Shown: piece after piece, positions 26,226 through 37,151 of the stretch
Layout of the letters: each line of letters begins with the position of its first letter
Numbering within the stretch: position 1 is the first letter of the stretch
DNA from: an uncultured bacterium
Lineage (GTDB): Bacteria; Eisenbacteria; RBG-16-71-46; CAZAMP01
Direction: 5' to 3'
DNA: 64,000 nt
Assembly: GCA_964486455.1 (NCBI GenBank)
Contig: CAZAMP010000025.1
Coordinates: 26-64,025 of the forward strand
Program-made: the position numbers and the translations under genes
Notes under the pieces: generated by a model
What the model was told of the DNA's origin: nothing
What the model saw: only the letters and a program-made list of their open reading frames with translations
Databases searched by the model: none

Positions 26226-27588
26226 ACTTCTCGAGCTTGTAGTAGAGCGCGCTTTCCTTGATTCCGAGCCGACGGGCGGCCTCCGCCTTCACCCCCTCGG
26301 CGCGCGCGAGGGCGCGCAGAATGAGCTGTCGTTCGAGTGCCTGAAGCGTCTGGTTGAGCGGAGGATCCCCATCCGGCACCGACAGGTAGCGCGTTGCCTC
26401 GGGTGAAGCCAGAACCGGCAAATCATCCGGACCGATCTCCGATCCGTCCGTAAGGACCATTGCCCGCTCCATCACGTTTTCAAGCTCCCGAACGTTGCCC
26501 GGCCAGTGGTACGACAGCAGCACTTCCTCGGCCGCCGTGGAAAGCTCCAGCTCGGGCCGCGACTTCTGCTCACAGAGACGGTTTAGGAAGAAACGTGCCA
26601 ACTCGGGAATGTCCTCCGGTCTCTCGCGAAGCGGCGGCATCTGAATCGGAATGACGTGGAGGCGATAGTAAAGATCCTCTCGGAACCGCCCCGCCGCGAC
26701 CTCCTGCTGGAGATCCCGGTTCGTGGACGTGATGATCCTGACGTCCACCTTGATCGTCTCCTCGCCACCGACGCGCTCGAAGGTCTTCTCCTGTAGAACC
26801 CGCAGGAGCTTGACCTGTGTCCCGGCCGGGACTTCCCCGACCTCGTCGAGCAGCAACGTCCCGCCGTGGGCCAGCTCGAAGCGCCCCTTGCGACGGCGCA
26901 CGGCACCCGTGAACGCCCCCTTCTCGTGACCGAAAAGCTCGCTCTCAAGCACGCCCTCGGCCAGCGCGCCGCAGTTGACCGTGACGAACGGCCCCGACGG
27001 GCGGTTGCCATTGCGATGAATGGCACGGGCCACGAGCTCCTTCCCGGTACCGCTCTCCCCCGTGATGAGCACGGCGGCATCCGACGGTGCCACCTTTCGT
27101 ATCTGCTTGAAGATCGCCGTCATCGCCGACGAAGATCCGACGATCTCGTCCACGTTGAATTTGCTCTCGACGACCTCTCGCAGATACTCGGCTTCGTCCT
27201 CCGCGCGCTCCCGCCGGCCGCGCTCGTCGAGCATGTCCGCGAGACGTCTGACCTTCAGCTCGAGCGCGTCCGGACTGAACGGCTTCGTCATGTAGTCGGC
27301 CGCGCCCGCCTTCATGGCTTCGACCGCCGACTCGACGGTCCCATAGCCGGTGACCATGAGAACCTCGATGTCGGCGCGGTGCGTTTTGGCGCGTTTGAGG
27401 ACCTCCAGTCCGTCGACGGGAGACATCTTCAGGTCCGTTACCACGATTCCAACGTCGTTCGCGACCAGCAGCTCGAGCGCTGTCGCACCGTCCGCCGCGT
27501 CCAGGACGTGGAAGCCCGCATCTTCAAGGGTGGCTTTCATGCCGAGCCGAAGCGTTTCATTGTCTTCAACAATCAAAATCGTCGTCAT
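26212..27588 (-). CDS. Sigma54-dependent response regulator (NtrC/AtoC family)
   Basis: REC domain (TDLKM), GESGTGKE, GAFTGA, WPGNVRELEN, Fis-type HTH. Confidence 0.95.
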   Translation of the reverse strand: MTTILIVEDNETLRLGMKATLEDAGFHVLDAADGATALELLVANDVGIVVTDLKMSPVDGLEVLKRAKTHRADIEVLMVTGYGTVESAVEAMKAGAADYMTKPFSPDALELKVRRLADMLDERGRRERAEDEAEYLREVVESKFNVDEIVGSSSAMTAIFKQIRKVAPSDAAVLITGESGTGKELVARAIHRNGNRPSGPFVTVNCGALAEGVLESELFGHEKGAFTGAVRRRKGRFELAHGGTLLLDEVGEVPAGTQVKLLRVLQEKTFERVGGEETIKVDVRIITSTNRDLQQEVAAGRFREDLYYRLHVIPIQMPPLRERPEDIPELARFFLNRLCEQKSRPELELSTAAEEVLLSYHWPGNVRELENVMERAMVLTDGSEIGPDDLPVLASPEATRYLSVPDGDPPLNQTLQALERQLILRALARAEGVKAEAARRLGIKESALYYKLEKYGIT

Positions 27589-29000
27589 GCTTCATCTCCA
27601 GCGCTAAGCCAATTCAGCGTCACGACCGTGCCGCCCGATGGACCGGCCTCGATCGTAAGTGTTCCGCCGTTTCGTTCGACAAGCTTCTGAGCGATGGACA
27701 AACCGAGGCCGGAGCCCTGCTGCTTCGTGCTGAAGAACGGCTCGAACACACGCGATCGTATGTCGTCGGCGATTCCGGGACCATCGTCCTCCACGCGAAT
27801 CCGGACTCGACCATCCGTGCGCTCCGCGTGCACTGCCACGCGTCCACCCTGCTCCAGCGCCTGGACCGCGTTTTGGACGAGATTGATGAGCACCTGCCTG
27901 ATCTGCCCGGGGTCGGCCGTGAGACGAACGTCGTCACAGTTCATTTCGAGGCGAACGCCGGCGCGGCTGATCGCGGCGTCGAGCACCTGCCCGACTTCCA
28001 CAGCGATCTCCTCCACCAGAAACTCCCGGCGGTTGGGCTCTTCGGTGGGACGGGCGTACTCCAGGAAATCCTTGATGATCCCCTCGAGATTATGAACCTC
28101 CTGGAGTATGCGGTCGACGCGTTCCTCCGCCTTGGAGTCGGGCGCGACCTCCCTCTTGAGCAACCCCGCGAAGAGCTCGATGCCGCCCAGCGGATTTCGC
28201 ACCTCGTGCGCGACACCGCCCAGCATGGCGCGCAGACTTCGCTCACGTGCGTGGACCGCCTCGCGCATCCGCTCCAGTGTCCGGCCGAGGTAGCCGATTT
28301 CATCGTGGCCGGCATCCGGCACGGATGTTTCCAGGTTTCCAGCGCTGATCCGGTCGGCCGAAGCGACCAGCTTTCGGATCGGACCGACGATGGTCCGCGC
28401 CATGAAGAGAGACAGAGCGATCGATCCGGCGAGTCCGATGGCGCCGGCGAAGAGAAGGCCGTTCTTCATGCGGGAGATCGCATCGAGGAAACTCGCGCTC
28501 GCCACGATGGCGAGCGCAGCGTCAACGCGGGACTCGGCCGGGAGCGGGATGTAGGCCGCCTTGTAGATGTGACCGCCGCGCCCTGTGAAGAGGTGACCGA
28601 CGACGCGTTCACCCGCGAGCACCTTGTCGACGGCCTCCTGCTCGAATTCCAGCTCGGGGTAGACCTCCCCGGCCGTCTTCTGATCGGCGTCCGCGAGGGA
28701 CGCGCGGCTCCTGTCAAACACGTAAAGTCGATGCAGGCCGGACGCCGTTCGGGCCTGATCGAGCATCTGGCTCACGGTGCGTGCGGCCCGTCCTTCGCCT
28801 CCCAGCGCGACGATCAGCTTCCGCTGGTCTTCGGAGATCCGCGACGCGACGATCGATCCGGTGGCCAGGAGCTTCTCACCCAGCTCTTCCTCCATCGCCG
28901 TCCGCATCTCTTCATAGAAGAGGACACCGCCGAGTCCGAATACGGCCAGCGCGAAAAGGCCGAACGTGAGGATCAGTCTGTTTTGGACGCTCGAGCGCAC
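27585..29000 (-). CDS. Sensor histidine kinase with HAMP domain
   Basis: Two TM helices, HAMP, AHEVRNPL, N/G1/F/G2 boxes. Confidence 0.95.
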   Translation of the reverse strand: MRSSVQNRLILTFGLFALAVFGLGGVLFYEEMRTAMEEELGEKLLATGSIVASRISEDQRKLIVALGGEGRAARTVSQMLDQARTASGLHRLYVFDRSRASLADADQKTAGEVYPELEFEQEAVDKVLAGERVVGHLFTGRGGHIYKAAYIPLPAESRVDAALAIVASASFLDAISRMKNGLLFAGAIGLAGSIALSLFMARTIVGPIRKLVASADRISAGNLETSVPDAGHDEIGYLGRTLERMREAVHARERSLRAMLGGVAHEVRNPLGGIELFAGLLKREVAPDSKAEERVDRILQEVHNLEGIIKDFLEYARPTEEPNRREFLVEEIAVEVGQVLDAAISRAGVRLEMNCDDVRLTADPGQIRQVLINLVQNAVQALEQGGRVAVHAERTDGRVRIRVEDDGPGIADDIRSRVFEPFFSTKQQGSGLGLSIAQKLVERNGGTLTIEAGPSGGTVVTLNWLSAGDEA

Positions 29001-29009
29001 CGCCCCCCC

Positions 29010-30098
29010 CTATACCGCATCTCCGCTCTTGGACTTCGCCTCGGTCTTCTCTTCCGATTTCTCGCCGTTTCGGTGCTTCGAGAACTTTCGAACGTTCTCC
29101 TCCCAGAAGGTCCGCAGGATCTCCGCCGGCGCCTGGTTCGAACCCGTGCGGAGCTGCTCCAAGCGGCGTTCGGCCTCGGCGAGCCAGTCTTTCGGGAGAA
29201 GCAGCGGTTTATGCTTCGGCACAACCAGCGGAAGCGCGCCGGGAAGTAACTCGATCTTGAAATAGGATCGAGCGTCGAACACGTCGCCGTCGATCTGGAC
29301 CGACATCGGCGGCTGAATCCAGACTTCCACCTTGCGCGTTCGGTAGAAGACCGCGTTTCGCGTGCGCCGCCAGCGGGCTGTGGCCGCGAATCCGACGAGC
29401 TTCAGGAATTCCCAGAGGTTCGCGAACTGCAGAACGGCCACGTCGAGCCAGCCGTCGTCCACTGAGGAATCCGGAACGATATCGACCTGCCCCAGCGTCT
29501 CACCGCAGTTGGCGAAGACGACGCCCTTCGCCCGATGAAGCACGGTCCGGCCGTCGTCGAGACGCATCTCCACCTGCACGCCGGAGCGGGCAAGGTTGCG
29601 GATCAGCGACCAGAGGTAGGCGATCGGCCCGAGGAACCGCTTGAGCTCGCGGTCCGTGTCTCGCATCGCGTCGGTCGCGATACCGAATCCCGCCGAGAGC
29701 GCGAACGGCTCGCCATCGATGAGCGCGATGTCCATCCGGCGCGTGTCTCCCTCGTCGAGGAGCTTGACCAGCGGGCGGGGCCGAGTCGGGATCCGCCAGT
29801 AGGTCGCGATGAGATTGCCCGTGCCGGCATGGGCCAGAAGCACGGGAACGTCGCCCCCGACGAGCGGGCCGAGTGCGGAGCGGAGGGTACCGTCGCCGCC
29901 GACGATCACGACCAGGTCGCACCCGTCCGCAAGCGCTTCGCGCACCGCGAGATCGGTTGGCCGGTCCCCGTCCACGAGGAAGTGGCGCGTCTCGATGCCG
30001 CGCTCGTCGAGCAGGCCCGCGACGGCGTCGCCAACCACCTGCCCCTTGCCTCGTCCGGCAAGCGGGTTCTTGATAATTAGTGCTTTACGGTATCTCAT
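29010..30098 (-). CDS. Diacylglycerol kinase-family lipid kinase
   Basis: NPLAG, GGDGT, GTGN, QIDGD. Confidence 0.88.
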   Translation of the reverse strand: MRYRKALIIKNPLAGRGKGQVVGDAVAGLLDERGIETRHFLVDGDRPTDLAVREALADGCDLVVIVGGDGTLRSALGPLVGGDVPVLLAHAGTGNLIATYWRIPTRPRPLVKLLDEGDTRRMDIALIDGEPFALSAGFGIATDAMRDTDRELKRFLGPIAYLWSLIRNLARSGVQVEMRLDDGRTVLHRAKGVVFANCGETLGQVDIVPDSSVDDGWLDVAVLQFANLWEFLKLVGFAATARWRRTRNAVFYRTRKVEVWIQPPMSVQIDGDVFDARSYFKIELLPGALPLVVPKHKPLLLPKDWLAEAERRLEQLRTGSNQAPAEILRTFWEENVRKFSKHRNGEKSEEKTEAKSKSGDAV

Positions 30099-30211
30099 AC
30101 CACCGCCGCAGCGTTTCGTGGAAATCTGGTGAATGGTATACTGCCCGCGTTCTCTCTGCATCTCTTTCCATGAACATAGGTTGTGAAGGCCGCCACCCGG
30201 AGGATTGACCC

Positions 30212-31177
30212 GTGCGCTACCGAAATCTGGGCCATAGCGGACTGAAGGTGAGCGAGGTCGGTCTCGGTTCGTGGCTGACCTTCGGACGGTCCGTCGACCA
30301 GAAGACGACGACCGCCTGCGTTCACAGGGCATTCGATTTGGGGGTGATTTTCTTCGATACCGCCGACATCTATGCCCGGGGGCGCGGCGAGACCGCCATG
30401 GGGCGGGCGCTCAAGGACTTCCGCCGCTCGGACTATGTGCTCGCCACGAAGGTGTTTTGGCCGATGTCGGAGAACCCGAACGACGCCGGGCTCTCGAGAA
30501 AGCACATCATCGAGTCGTGCGAGGCGAGCCTCAAGCGCTGTGGGGTCGACTATTTCGACCTCTACCAATGCCACCGCTTCGATCCGCACGTCCCGCTCGA
30601 TGAGGTCGTCCGCGCGATGGACCAGCTCATCCGTGACGGGAAAGTGCTCTACTGGGGGGTCAGCGTATGGTCCGCCCAGCAGATCGAACACGCGGTAGGA
30701 ATCGCCGACCGCTTCCTGGCCTATCGACCCATATCGAACCAACCCCCGTACAACCTGCTTCAGCGGGAGATCGAGGCGGAGGTCATTCCGACCTCCAAGC
30801 GGGTGGGTCTGGGTCAGGTGGTGTTCAGCCCGTTGGCGGAAGGCGTGCTCACCGGAAAGTACGCGGGCGGAAAGGTACCCAAGGGGTCGCGGGCGGACGA
30901 TCCGAAGACGCGGCAGTTCATGGAGCCCCATCTGAACGATGAGACGTTCGAGAGAGTCGAGCGCCTCGGCGAGATCGCCGGAGGCCTGGGGCTCACACCC
31001 GCGGCGCTCGCCCTGGCGTGGTGCCTGCGTGACGACGACGTGGCCAGCGTGATCGCGGGCGCCACGCGCGTCGAGCACGTGGAAGAAAACGTCAACGGGA
31101 GTGGGGTCGAGATACCGGCCGATGTGATGGCCGAGCTGGATACACTCTTCCCTGCAATCGGAGTGACAGACTCGTGA
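30212..31177 (+). CDS. Aldo/keto reductase
   Basis: GLGSW, FDTADIY, ATK, DLYQCH, SPLAEG. Confidence 0.92.
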   Translation: MRYRNLGHSGLKVSEVGLGSWLTFGRSVDQKTTTACVHRAFDLGVIFFDTADIYARGRGETAMGRALKDFRRSDYVLATKVFWPMSENPNDAGLSRKHIIESCEASLKRCGVDYFDLYQCHRFDPHVPLDEVVRAMDQLIRDGKVLYWGVSVWSAQQIEHAVGIADRFLAYRPISNQPPYNLLQREIEAEVIPTSKRVGLGQVVFSPLAEGVLTGKYAGGKVPKGSRADDPKTRQFMEPHLNDETFERVERLGEIAGGLGLTPAALALAWCLRDDDVASVIAGATRVEHVEENVNGSGVEIPADVMAELDTLFPAIGVTDS

Positions 31178-31866
31178 TCGATTCGTCTTTGACCACGCGC
31201 GCGTGCGAGGTCGGCTGGCTGGGCCGCATCGCGTACGCCGATGGGATCGCCATCCAGGAGGAACGGGTCGCGGCACGCCAACGCGGCGCGTCACCCGACA
31301 CGCTCCTGCTTCTGGAGCACCCGCACGTCATCACGACGGGGAAACGCGGCAGCTTCGCGAACCTGGTCGCGGACGAGGAGCTCCTGCGCCGTCGCGGCGT
31401 GACCGTTCATCGAACCGGGCGGGGCGGTGATGTCACCTACCACGGTCCCGGGCAGCTCGTGGGCTACCCGATCGTGAGCATCCGTGAGGAGCGGCGTGGG
31501 GCGCGCCGCTACGTGCACGATTTGGAAGAAGCGCTCATCAGGGCGCTCGCCGGCTTCGGGCTCGCCGCCGACCGGCGCGAAGGCAAAACCGGCGTTTGGA
31601 TCGGATCTGAGAAGATCGCCGCGATCGGCGTCCAGATCTCCAGCGGTATCACATCTCACGGCTTCGCCCTGAACGTCTCAACGGATTTGAGCTACTTCGA
31701 TCTCATCGTGCCGTGCGGGATCCGCGACGCCGGGGTGACATCGATGAGCCGGGCTCTGGGCCGTTCGGTGGAGGTGGCCGACTTCCTGACCGCCGTCGCC
31801 GAGTCGTTCGGTGAGGTTTTCTCACGAAGGATGAAATGGACAACAGCCGTTCCGACGACACACTAG
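31174..31866 (+). CDS. lipB: Octanoyltransferase
   Basis: LEHPHV, RGGDVTYHGPGQ, KIAAIG, HGFALN, IVPCG. Confidence 0.95.
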   Translation: MIDSSLTTRACEVGWLGRIAYADGIAIQEERVAARQRGASPDTLLLLEHPHVITTGKRGSFANLVADEELLRRRGVTVHRTGRGGDVTYHGPGQLVGYPIVSIREERRGARRYVHDLEEALIRALAGFGLAADRREGKTGVWIGSEKIAAIGVQISSGITSHGFALNVSTDLSYFDLIVPCGIRDAGVTSMSRALGRSVEVADFLTAVAESFGEVFSRRMKWTTAVPTTH

Positions 31867-32855
31867 ACCGCACGGCGGGCCACGCGCCGGCGGACACCAC
31901 TCGCGCGCGCGTCCGCTTCCGTCCCCGGGCAACCGATCCGCATCGAGGGCGGCTCAGCGAGCGACATGCCGGATTGGGTGAACGTCCCGAGTGGATACGT
32001 GTTCGGCTCAGCTCCAAGCCGCACTACTACAGCCTTCGCGGGCTTGTGAACGATCTCAAACTCCACACGGTCTGTCAGGAAGCACGCTGCCCGAACATCA
32101 CCGAGTGCTGGGAGAGCGGAACGGCGACGTTCATGATCCTGGGCGATAACTGCACGCGTCGTTGCGGTTTCTGCGCCGTGAGCAAGCTCACGCCCCGTCC
32201 GGTCGATCCGGAGGAACCGCGACACGTCGGCGAGGCGGTGAAGTCGCTGGGGCTCCGCCACGCCGTGGTGACGTCAGTCAACCGTGACGATCTTTCGGAC
32301 GGGGGCGCCGCCCACTTCGCGGAGACGATCGCGGCGATCCGAGACCTGAATCCGGGATGCAGTGTCGAGGTTCTGGTGCCTGATTTCGAGGGAAGTGGTG
32401 ACGCCATCGATACGGTGCTGGCGGCCCGGCCGGACGTGCTCAATCACAACGTCGAGACGGTGCCGAGTCTCTACCGGACCGTGCGGCCGCAGGCGCGCTA
32501 CGCCACGAGTCTCGGGCTTCTCTCCCGCGCGGACCGCTTCCGCCGAGGGAACGGCGTCGAGATGGTGACCAAGAGCGGCCTCATGGTCGGCCTGGGAGAG
32601 ACGATGGAGGAGATCTCGCAGGTCATGCGCGACCTACGCGCCATCGAATGCGACGTCCTCACGATCGGGCAGTATCTCTCGCCGTCGCTCAAGCACCTCC
32701 CGGTCCGCCGATGGGTGACGCCGGAGGAGTTCGATGCGCTTCGCGACGAGGGGATTGCCCTCGGCTTCCGGCACGTCGAGAGCGGCCCGTTCGTTCGGAG
32801 TTCCTACCACGCCCACCGGCACGTGGGGCACAAAGACGCGGCCGACGGGCACTGA
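31836..32855 (+). CDS. lipA: Lipoyl synthase
   Basis: CQEARCPNITEC, CTRRCGFC, RSSYHA. Confidence 0.96.
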   Translation: MDNSRSDDTLDRTAGHAPADTTRARVRFRPRATDPHRGRLSERHAGLGERPEWIRVRLSSKPHYYSLRGLVNDLKLHTVCQEARCPNITECWESGTATFMILGDNCTRRCGFCAVSKLTPRPVDPEEPRHVGEAVKSLGLRHAVVTSVNRDDLSDGGAAHFAETIAAIRDLNPGCSVEVLVPDFEGSGDAIDTVLAARPDVLNHNVETVPSLYRTVRPQARYATSLGLLSRADRFRRGNGVEMVTKSGLMVGLGETMEEISQVMRDLRAIECDVLTIGQYLSPSLKHLPVRRWVTPEEFDALRDEGIALGFRHVESGPFVRSSYHAHRHVGHKDAADGH

Positions 32856-32859
32856 CCCG

Positions 32860-34053
32860 CTACCGCTTGAGCCCCGCCACCGCGGCCTTGATCCGCTTGA
32901 GCCCCTCTTCCAACCGATCGAGCGAGGCCGCGTACGAGATCCGGATGAAACCCGGCGCTCCGAAGGCCCCGCCGGGCACCGTCGCGACGTGGCCTTCCTC
33001 GAGGAGATACTGTGAGAGATCCATGTCGCTGCCGATCTCGCGATCGCCTAGGCGCGTTCCGAGCGAGGCGCCGACGTTCGGAAACGTGTAGAACGCGCCC
33101 TGCGGCTTCACGCAGCTCCATCCCGGGATCTCGGTAAGCGCCTTGAGCACGAAAGCGCGCCGCTTCCAGAACTCGTCGACCATCGCATCGATGCCGTCCT
33201 GCGGGCCCGTGAGACCCGCTAGGCTCGCCCATTGCGAGATCGAGGACGCGTTCGACGTGCTGTGGCTCTGCACGACGCTCATCGCCTTGATCACCTCCTT
33301 GGGCGCGGCGGCATACCCGATCCGCCAACCGGTCATCGAGTACGCCTTGGAGACGCCACTGATCACGACGGTGCGGTTGCGGACTTCGTCACCGAGCGAA
33401 GCGAAGGAAACGAACTCGTGACCGTCGTAGACGAGCTTCTCGTAGATCTCGTCGGTGACGACGACCAGATCGGCCTCGACCGCAACCTGCGCGATCGCTT
33501 CCAGCTCATCGCGTGAATAGGAGGCGCCGGTGGGATTGCACGGGTTGTTGATGAAGAGCATCTTGCTCTTGGGGGTCAGGGCCGTGCGGAGCGCGTCCGC
33601 GGAGAGCCGAAAGCCGCTCTCCTCACCCGCCGATACGTACACGGGCTTGGCGCCGGCCAGGTTCACCATCGCGGGATACGACACCCAGTACGGGGCCGGA
33701 ATGATCGCCTCGTCTCCGGCGGCCAGAAGCGCCATGCACGCGTTGAAGAGACACTGCTTGGCGCCGGTGGAGACGATGATTTCCGACGGTTCGTACTCCA
33801 GACCGTTTTCGGTCCGGTATTTCTGGCAGATCGCCTCCCGGAGCTGTTGAATGCCCGGATTCATCGTGTAGGTCGTGTGACCGTCATCGATCGCCTTCTT
33901 TGCCGCTTCACCGATGTGCGATGGAGTCGCGAAGTCCGGCTCCCCGACGCTCAAGTCGACGATATCGATGCCGTCGGCCCGCATGCGTTTCGCGGCCGTG
34001 CTCATGTGTAGCGTGGCGGACATGCCGACGCGGCCGATGCGTTCTGCGATCAT
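32860..34053 (-). CDS. Class I PLP aminotransferase (aspartate aminotransferase-like)
   Basis: GEPDF, NPCNPTG, DEIY, SKAYSMTGWRIG. Confidence 0.93.
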   Translation of the reverse strand: MIAERIGRVGMSATLHMSTAAKRMRADGIDIVDLSVGEPDFATPSHIGEAAKKAIDDGHTTYTMNPGIQQLREAICQKYRTENGLEYEPSEIIVSTGAKQCLFNACMALLAAGDEAIIPAPYWVSYPAMVNLAGAKPVYVSAGEESGFRLSADALRTALTPKSKMLFINNPCNPTGASYSRDELEAIAQVAVEADLVVVTDEIYEKLVYDGHEFVSFASLGDEVRNRTVVISGVSKAYSMTGWRIGYAAAPKEVIKAMSVVQSHSTSNASSISQWASLAGLTGPQDGIDAMVDEFWKRRAFVLKALTEIPGWSCVKPQGAFYTFPNVGASLGTRLGDREIGSDMDLSQYLLEEGHVATVPGGAFGAPGFIRISYAASLDRLEEGLKRIKAAVAGLKR

Positions 34054-35168
34054 GTTTGTGCCTCGACTTTCTCACTGCTGTCGTGCTTCATGTAGATCGT
34101 CCGCGTGGGGAACGCCACCTCGAGACCATGGTCCTCCAGGAGCCGCATGATCCTCAGATTGACGTCCTGCCTCGCATCGAGGTAGTCCGCCCACACGGTC
34201 GTTTTGGTGAAATAGTAGATGAAGATATCCAGGGAGCTTGCCCCGTAATCAGTGAAGTTCACGAGGAAGAAGCCTTGATGGACCGCGGGATGCATCTTGA
34301 GCAGCTCGCGGATCCCTTCCACCGCTTTCTCCATCTGGTCCGCTTTCGTGTCGTACGTGACGCCGACCGTCATCTTCACGCGCCGGATCGGCATGCGCGA
34401 CCAGTTGTTCACGACGGAGTTCGCCAGGACGCTGTTCGGGATCGATATGACGGTCTTTCCGAACGTGCGTATGCGCGTCGAGCGAATGCCGATCTCCTCG
34501 ACGACACCCTCGAAGTCGTCACCTTCGATCCAGTCCCCGATCGCAAACGGGCGATCGAGGAGGATCGTCACCGATCCGAAGAAGTTCGAAAGCGTGTCCT
34601 GCGCGGCGAGCGCCAGCGCGAGCCCGCCGATCCCGAGACCCGCGAGCAGGCTTCCCACCGAGTAGCCCATGTTCTGAATGATGAGGACAAAGACGATCAC
34701 GCCCACGAAGAGCTTCATCGACTTCCGGACGATGGGTATGAGCTGGTCGTCGAGCTTCGAGTCCGTCTTGCCGGCGAGGGTCATCATGTATTCCGCGAGC
34801 ACGTCGATCAGACGCATGAAGAGCCAGGCGATGTCGACGGTCACGAGGACCTTCAGGAGCGTATAGCAGAATCGACGAACGTTCGTCGGTTCCGTCGGAA
34901 GCTGCAGGATGACGATCGCCGCGAACAGACCGATGATGATGAGCCCGAAGCCGACGGGCTTCTCCATGGCCTCGAGTAGCTTGTCGTCCAGCTCCGTGGC
35001 GGTTCGCTGCGTGAGTCGCCTGAACCAAACCGCCAGCACGGAATGCAGGATCTTCCTCAGCGCGACCGCGACGAGGATCGCCAGAAACGCCAGCGCAAGC
35101 CGATCCAGCGGGATACCGACGACGGAGTGCTCGTTCAGGAATGATGCGGCGTCAGATATTGATCCCAT
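34050..35168 (-). CDS. MscS-family mechanosensitive channel
   Basis: LAGLGIGGLALALAAQD, DRPF..GD, IGIRSTRIRT, IPN. Confidence 0.92.
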   Translation of the reverse strand: MGSISDAASFLNEHSVVGIPLDRLALAFLAILVAVALRKILHSVLAVWFRRLTQRTATELDDKLLEAMEKPVGFGLIIIGLFAAIVILQLPTEPTNVRRFCYTLLKVLVTVDIAWLFMRLIDVLAEYMMTLAGKTDSKLDDQLIPIVRKSMKLFVGVIVFVLIIQNMGYSVGSLLAGLGIGGLALALAAQDTLSNFFGSVTILLDRPFAIGDWIEGDDFEGVVEEIGIRSTRIRTFGKTVISIPNSVLANSVVNNWSRMPIRRVKMTVGVTYDTKADQMEKAVEGIRELLKMHPAVHQGFFLVNFTDYGASSLDIFIYYFTKTTVWADYLDARQDVNLRIMRLLEDHGLEVAFPTRTIYMKHDSSEKVEAQT

Positions 35169-35291
35169 GGTCCTCCCCACCCATTACCCCGGACTTGAGC
35201 GGTAGATCGTCTCTGGAACGGGCGGAGGGGTCAAGCCGAATTTGGGCCCGGAATCGAGTAATCCAACCCGAATCGAGGCGGCATTGGGGAA

Positions 35292-37064
35292 TCAGCCCGA
35301 TCTGACGAGAAAATCGATGCGTTCCCGCGCCTGCGCCGCCGCATCGGAATCGGGGGCGAGAAAGAGGATCCGGTGGTAGGCGTCGAGTGCTCTCTGGGAG
35401 CGCCCAACCCCTTCCAGGAGCTTCGCTTCGAGATAGGCCTTTCCCGCCTGCTCCTCCAGCCGGCGGCGCATCGGATCGGCGTAAGAGCTTGCAGGATAGC
35501 GCTCGAGAAACGCCGCGGGCTCCTCCATCGATTCGAGCGACACGATGAGCGAATCCATCTGGGCCGATGCCTCGGCCATCAGAACGTCGGGGATCGGGCT
35601 TTCGAGCACCGACTGCATGACGCACGGATCCTTGAGCCGCGGCACGACCGCCGACAGCGTGCTCTCGGCTTTCGCAGGCCACGGCTCTTCGGGGTGGTCG
35701 CGGCGGAGCCGGAGCGAACTCTTCGCCGCCAGCTCCCATCTACCGGAGCGACGGTAGTTCTCCGAGAGCAAGTAAAGCACTCCAGGGAATTGGGGATCGT
35801 CGGGGAAGTTCACGATGAACCCTTCGAGCACGCTCGTCGCCTGAAGCTCCTTCTCGAACTCCTCCCCGTAGCGTTCGCGGATCCGCCCGCGGTCGCGGTC
35901 GAGGCTGTCACGCTCGACCGACATCGCTTCGGCCAGCTCGCCGTTCGGATCGATCCGCCTGGCGCGCGTGATGAGCGAATCGTAGTCGGCGATGATCGGC
36001 CAGAGTTCCCGCTCGAGCTCACGCCGGGTCACGTCGCGACTCGTGCGGAAGCGGAGCAGCTCGTGGCCGGCTTCAAGCGCGGTCATGCCCCTCGGCTCGG
36101 CCCGAAGCGCCATCTCGTAGAGAAACGACGCCTCGTCGTCTTCATCGCGGAGAGAGGCGATACGAAACAGCTCGGCCTGAACCGCGCGGCGAAACGCGTA
36201 CACGGGCGGCGGCTCGGTGGCGGGCTGAATACTCCTTCCCTGCGCGGCGGCCCGCGGCGCGCGCTCCTTGAAGAACGGGTGTGTGAGCCAGAAGCCGTAG
36301 GTGGCGTCTTCATGCACGCGTTCGCGCAGCTTGTCGAGTAAGTCCGCGGTGGAGCCGGACGGATAGCCCACCTTCGTCGAAAGGCGCACGCCCGTCTCAT
36401 CGGCTTCGTACTCGAGGCCTCGTCCGTACTTTCGTTCGAGAAGCGTCCGGAACAGTCCACCGAAGAGCGGCACCCCCTCGATGAGCGCGTCCCGCCCGGT
36501 ACTTCCGCGCGTCACTTGATCGCCCATGACCTCGTAGCGCGGTCCGCTCGCGGCCACGTCATCGGCCGCTAGAAAGACGCCGACGAGCAACGCGAGCTGG
36601 GCGAGCGAGAGAACGCTCGACAATCGTTGTGATCGCGAGAAGTGATTGTGGATGACGTGACCGACCTCGTGTCCGAGAAGGGCCGCGAGCTCGCCGTCGG
36701 TGAGGTTCAGCTCCATCATTCCGCGCGTCACGAAGATGAACCCGCCGGGGAGCGCGAACGCGTTCGGGTCGGGCATGTCGATCACGTGGAACGTGAAGAG
36801 AGCGGGACGCGGAACCATGGAGGCCACTCGGTAGCCGATGTCGTTCACTCGGCGACGGAGGGAATCCACATCCACGAATCCGATGTGTTCGCCGACTTCC
36901 ATGGTGATGCGTAGCCCCAGGTCGAAGTCGCTCCGGGGAATGTGTTGGGCGTGTTCGTCGTCCTCGTGGACACCGAGCCGGTGGACCGGCGGCGCTACGG
37001 CGCAGGAAACGCCGATCACGAGCAGGACCGAAACGAGGCCGACGCGAACAGCGAGTCGTCGCAT
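35292..37064 (-). CDS. M48 metallopeptidase lipoprotein with C-terminal TPR-like region
   Basis: Lipobox GVSC; NAFALPGG; HEVGH; EYEAD. Confidence 0.88.
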   Translation of the reverse strand: MRRLAVRVGLVSVLLVIGVSCAVAPPVHRLGVHEDDEHAQHIPRSDFDLGLRITMEVGEHIGFVDVDSLRRRVNDIGYRVASMVPRPALFTFHVIDMPDPNAFALPGGFIFVTRGMMELNLTDGELAALLGHEVGHVIHNHFSRSQRLSSVLSLAQLALLVGVFLAADDVAASGPRYEVMGDQVTRGSTGRDALIEGVPLFGGLFRTLLERKYGRGLEYEADETGVRLSTKVGYPSGSTADLLDKLRERVHEDATYGFWLTHPFFKERAPRAAAQGRSIQPATEPPPVYAFRRAVQAELFRIASLRDEDDEASFLYEMALRAEPRGMTALEAGHELLRFRTSRDVTRRELERELWPIIADYDSLITRARRIDPNGELAEAMSVERDSLDRDRGRIRERYGEEFEKELQATSVLEGFIVNFPDDPQFPGVLYLLSENYRRSGRWELAAKSSLRLRRDHPEEPWPAKAESTLSAVVPRLKDPCVMQSVLESPIPDVLMAEASAQMDSLIVSLESMEEPAAFLERYPASSYADPMRRRLEEQAGKAYLEAKLLEGVGRSQRALDAYHRILFLAPDSDAAAQARERIDFLVRSG

Positions 37065-37151
37065 TGAAGGTGATCTCCACATCCGGTCCGGACGCTATCC
37101 CAGACCCACCACCAAGACAAGACCTTCCATGGCAGTAACCCGTTTGACGGG

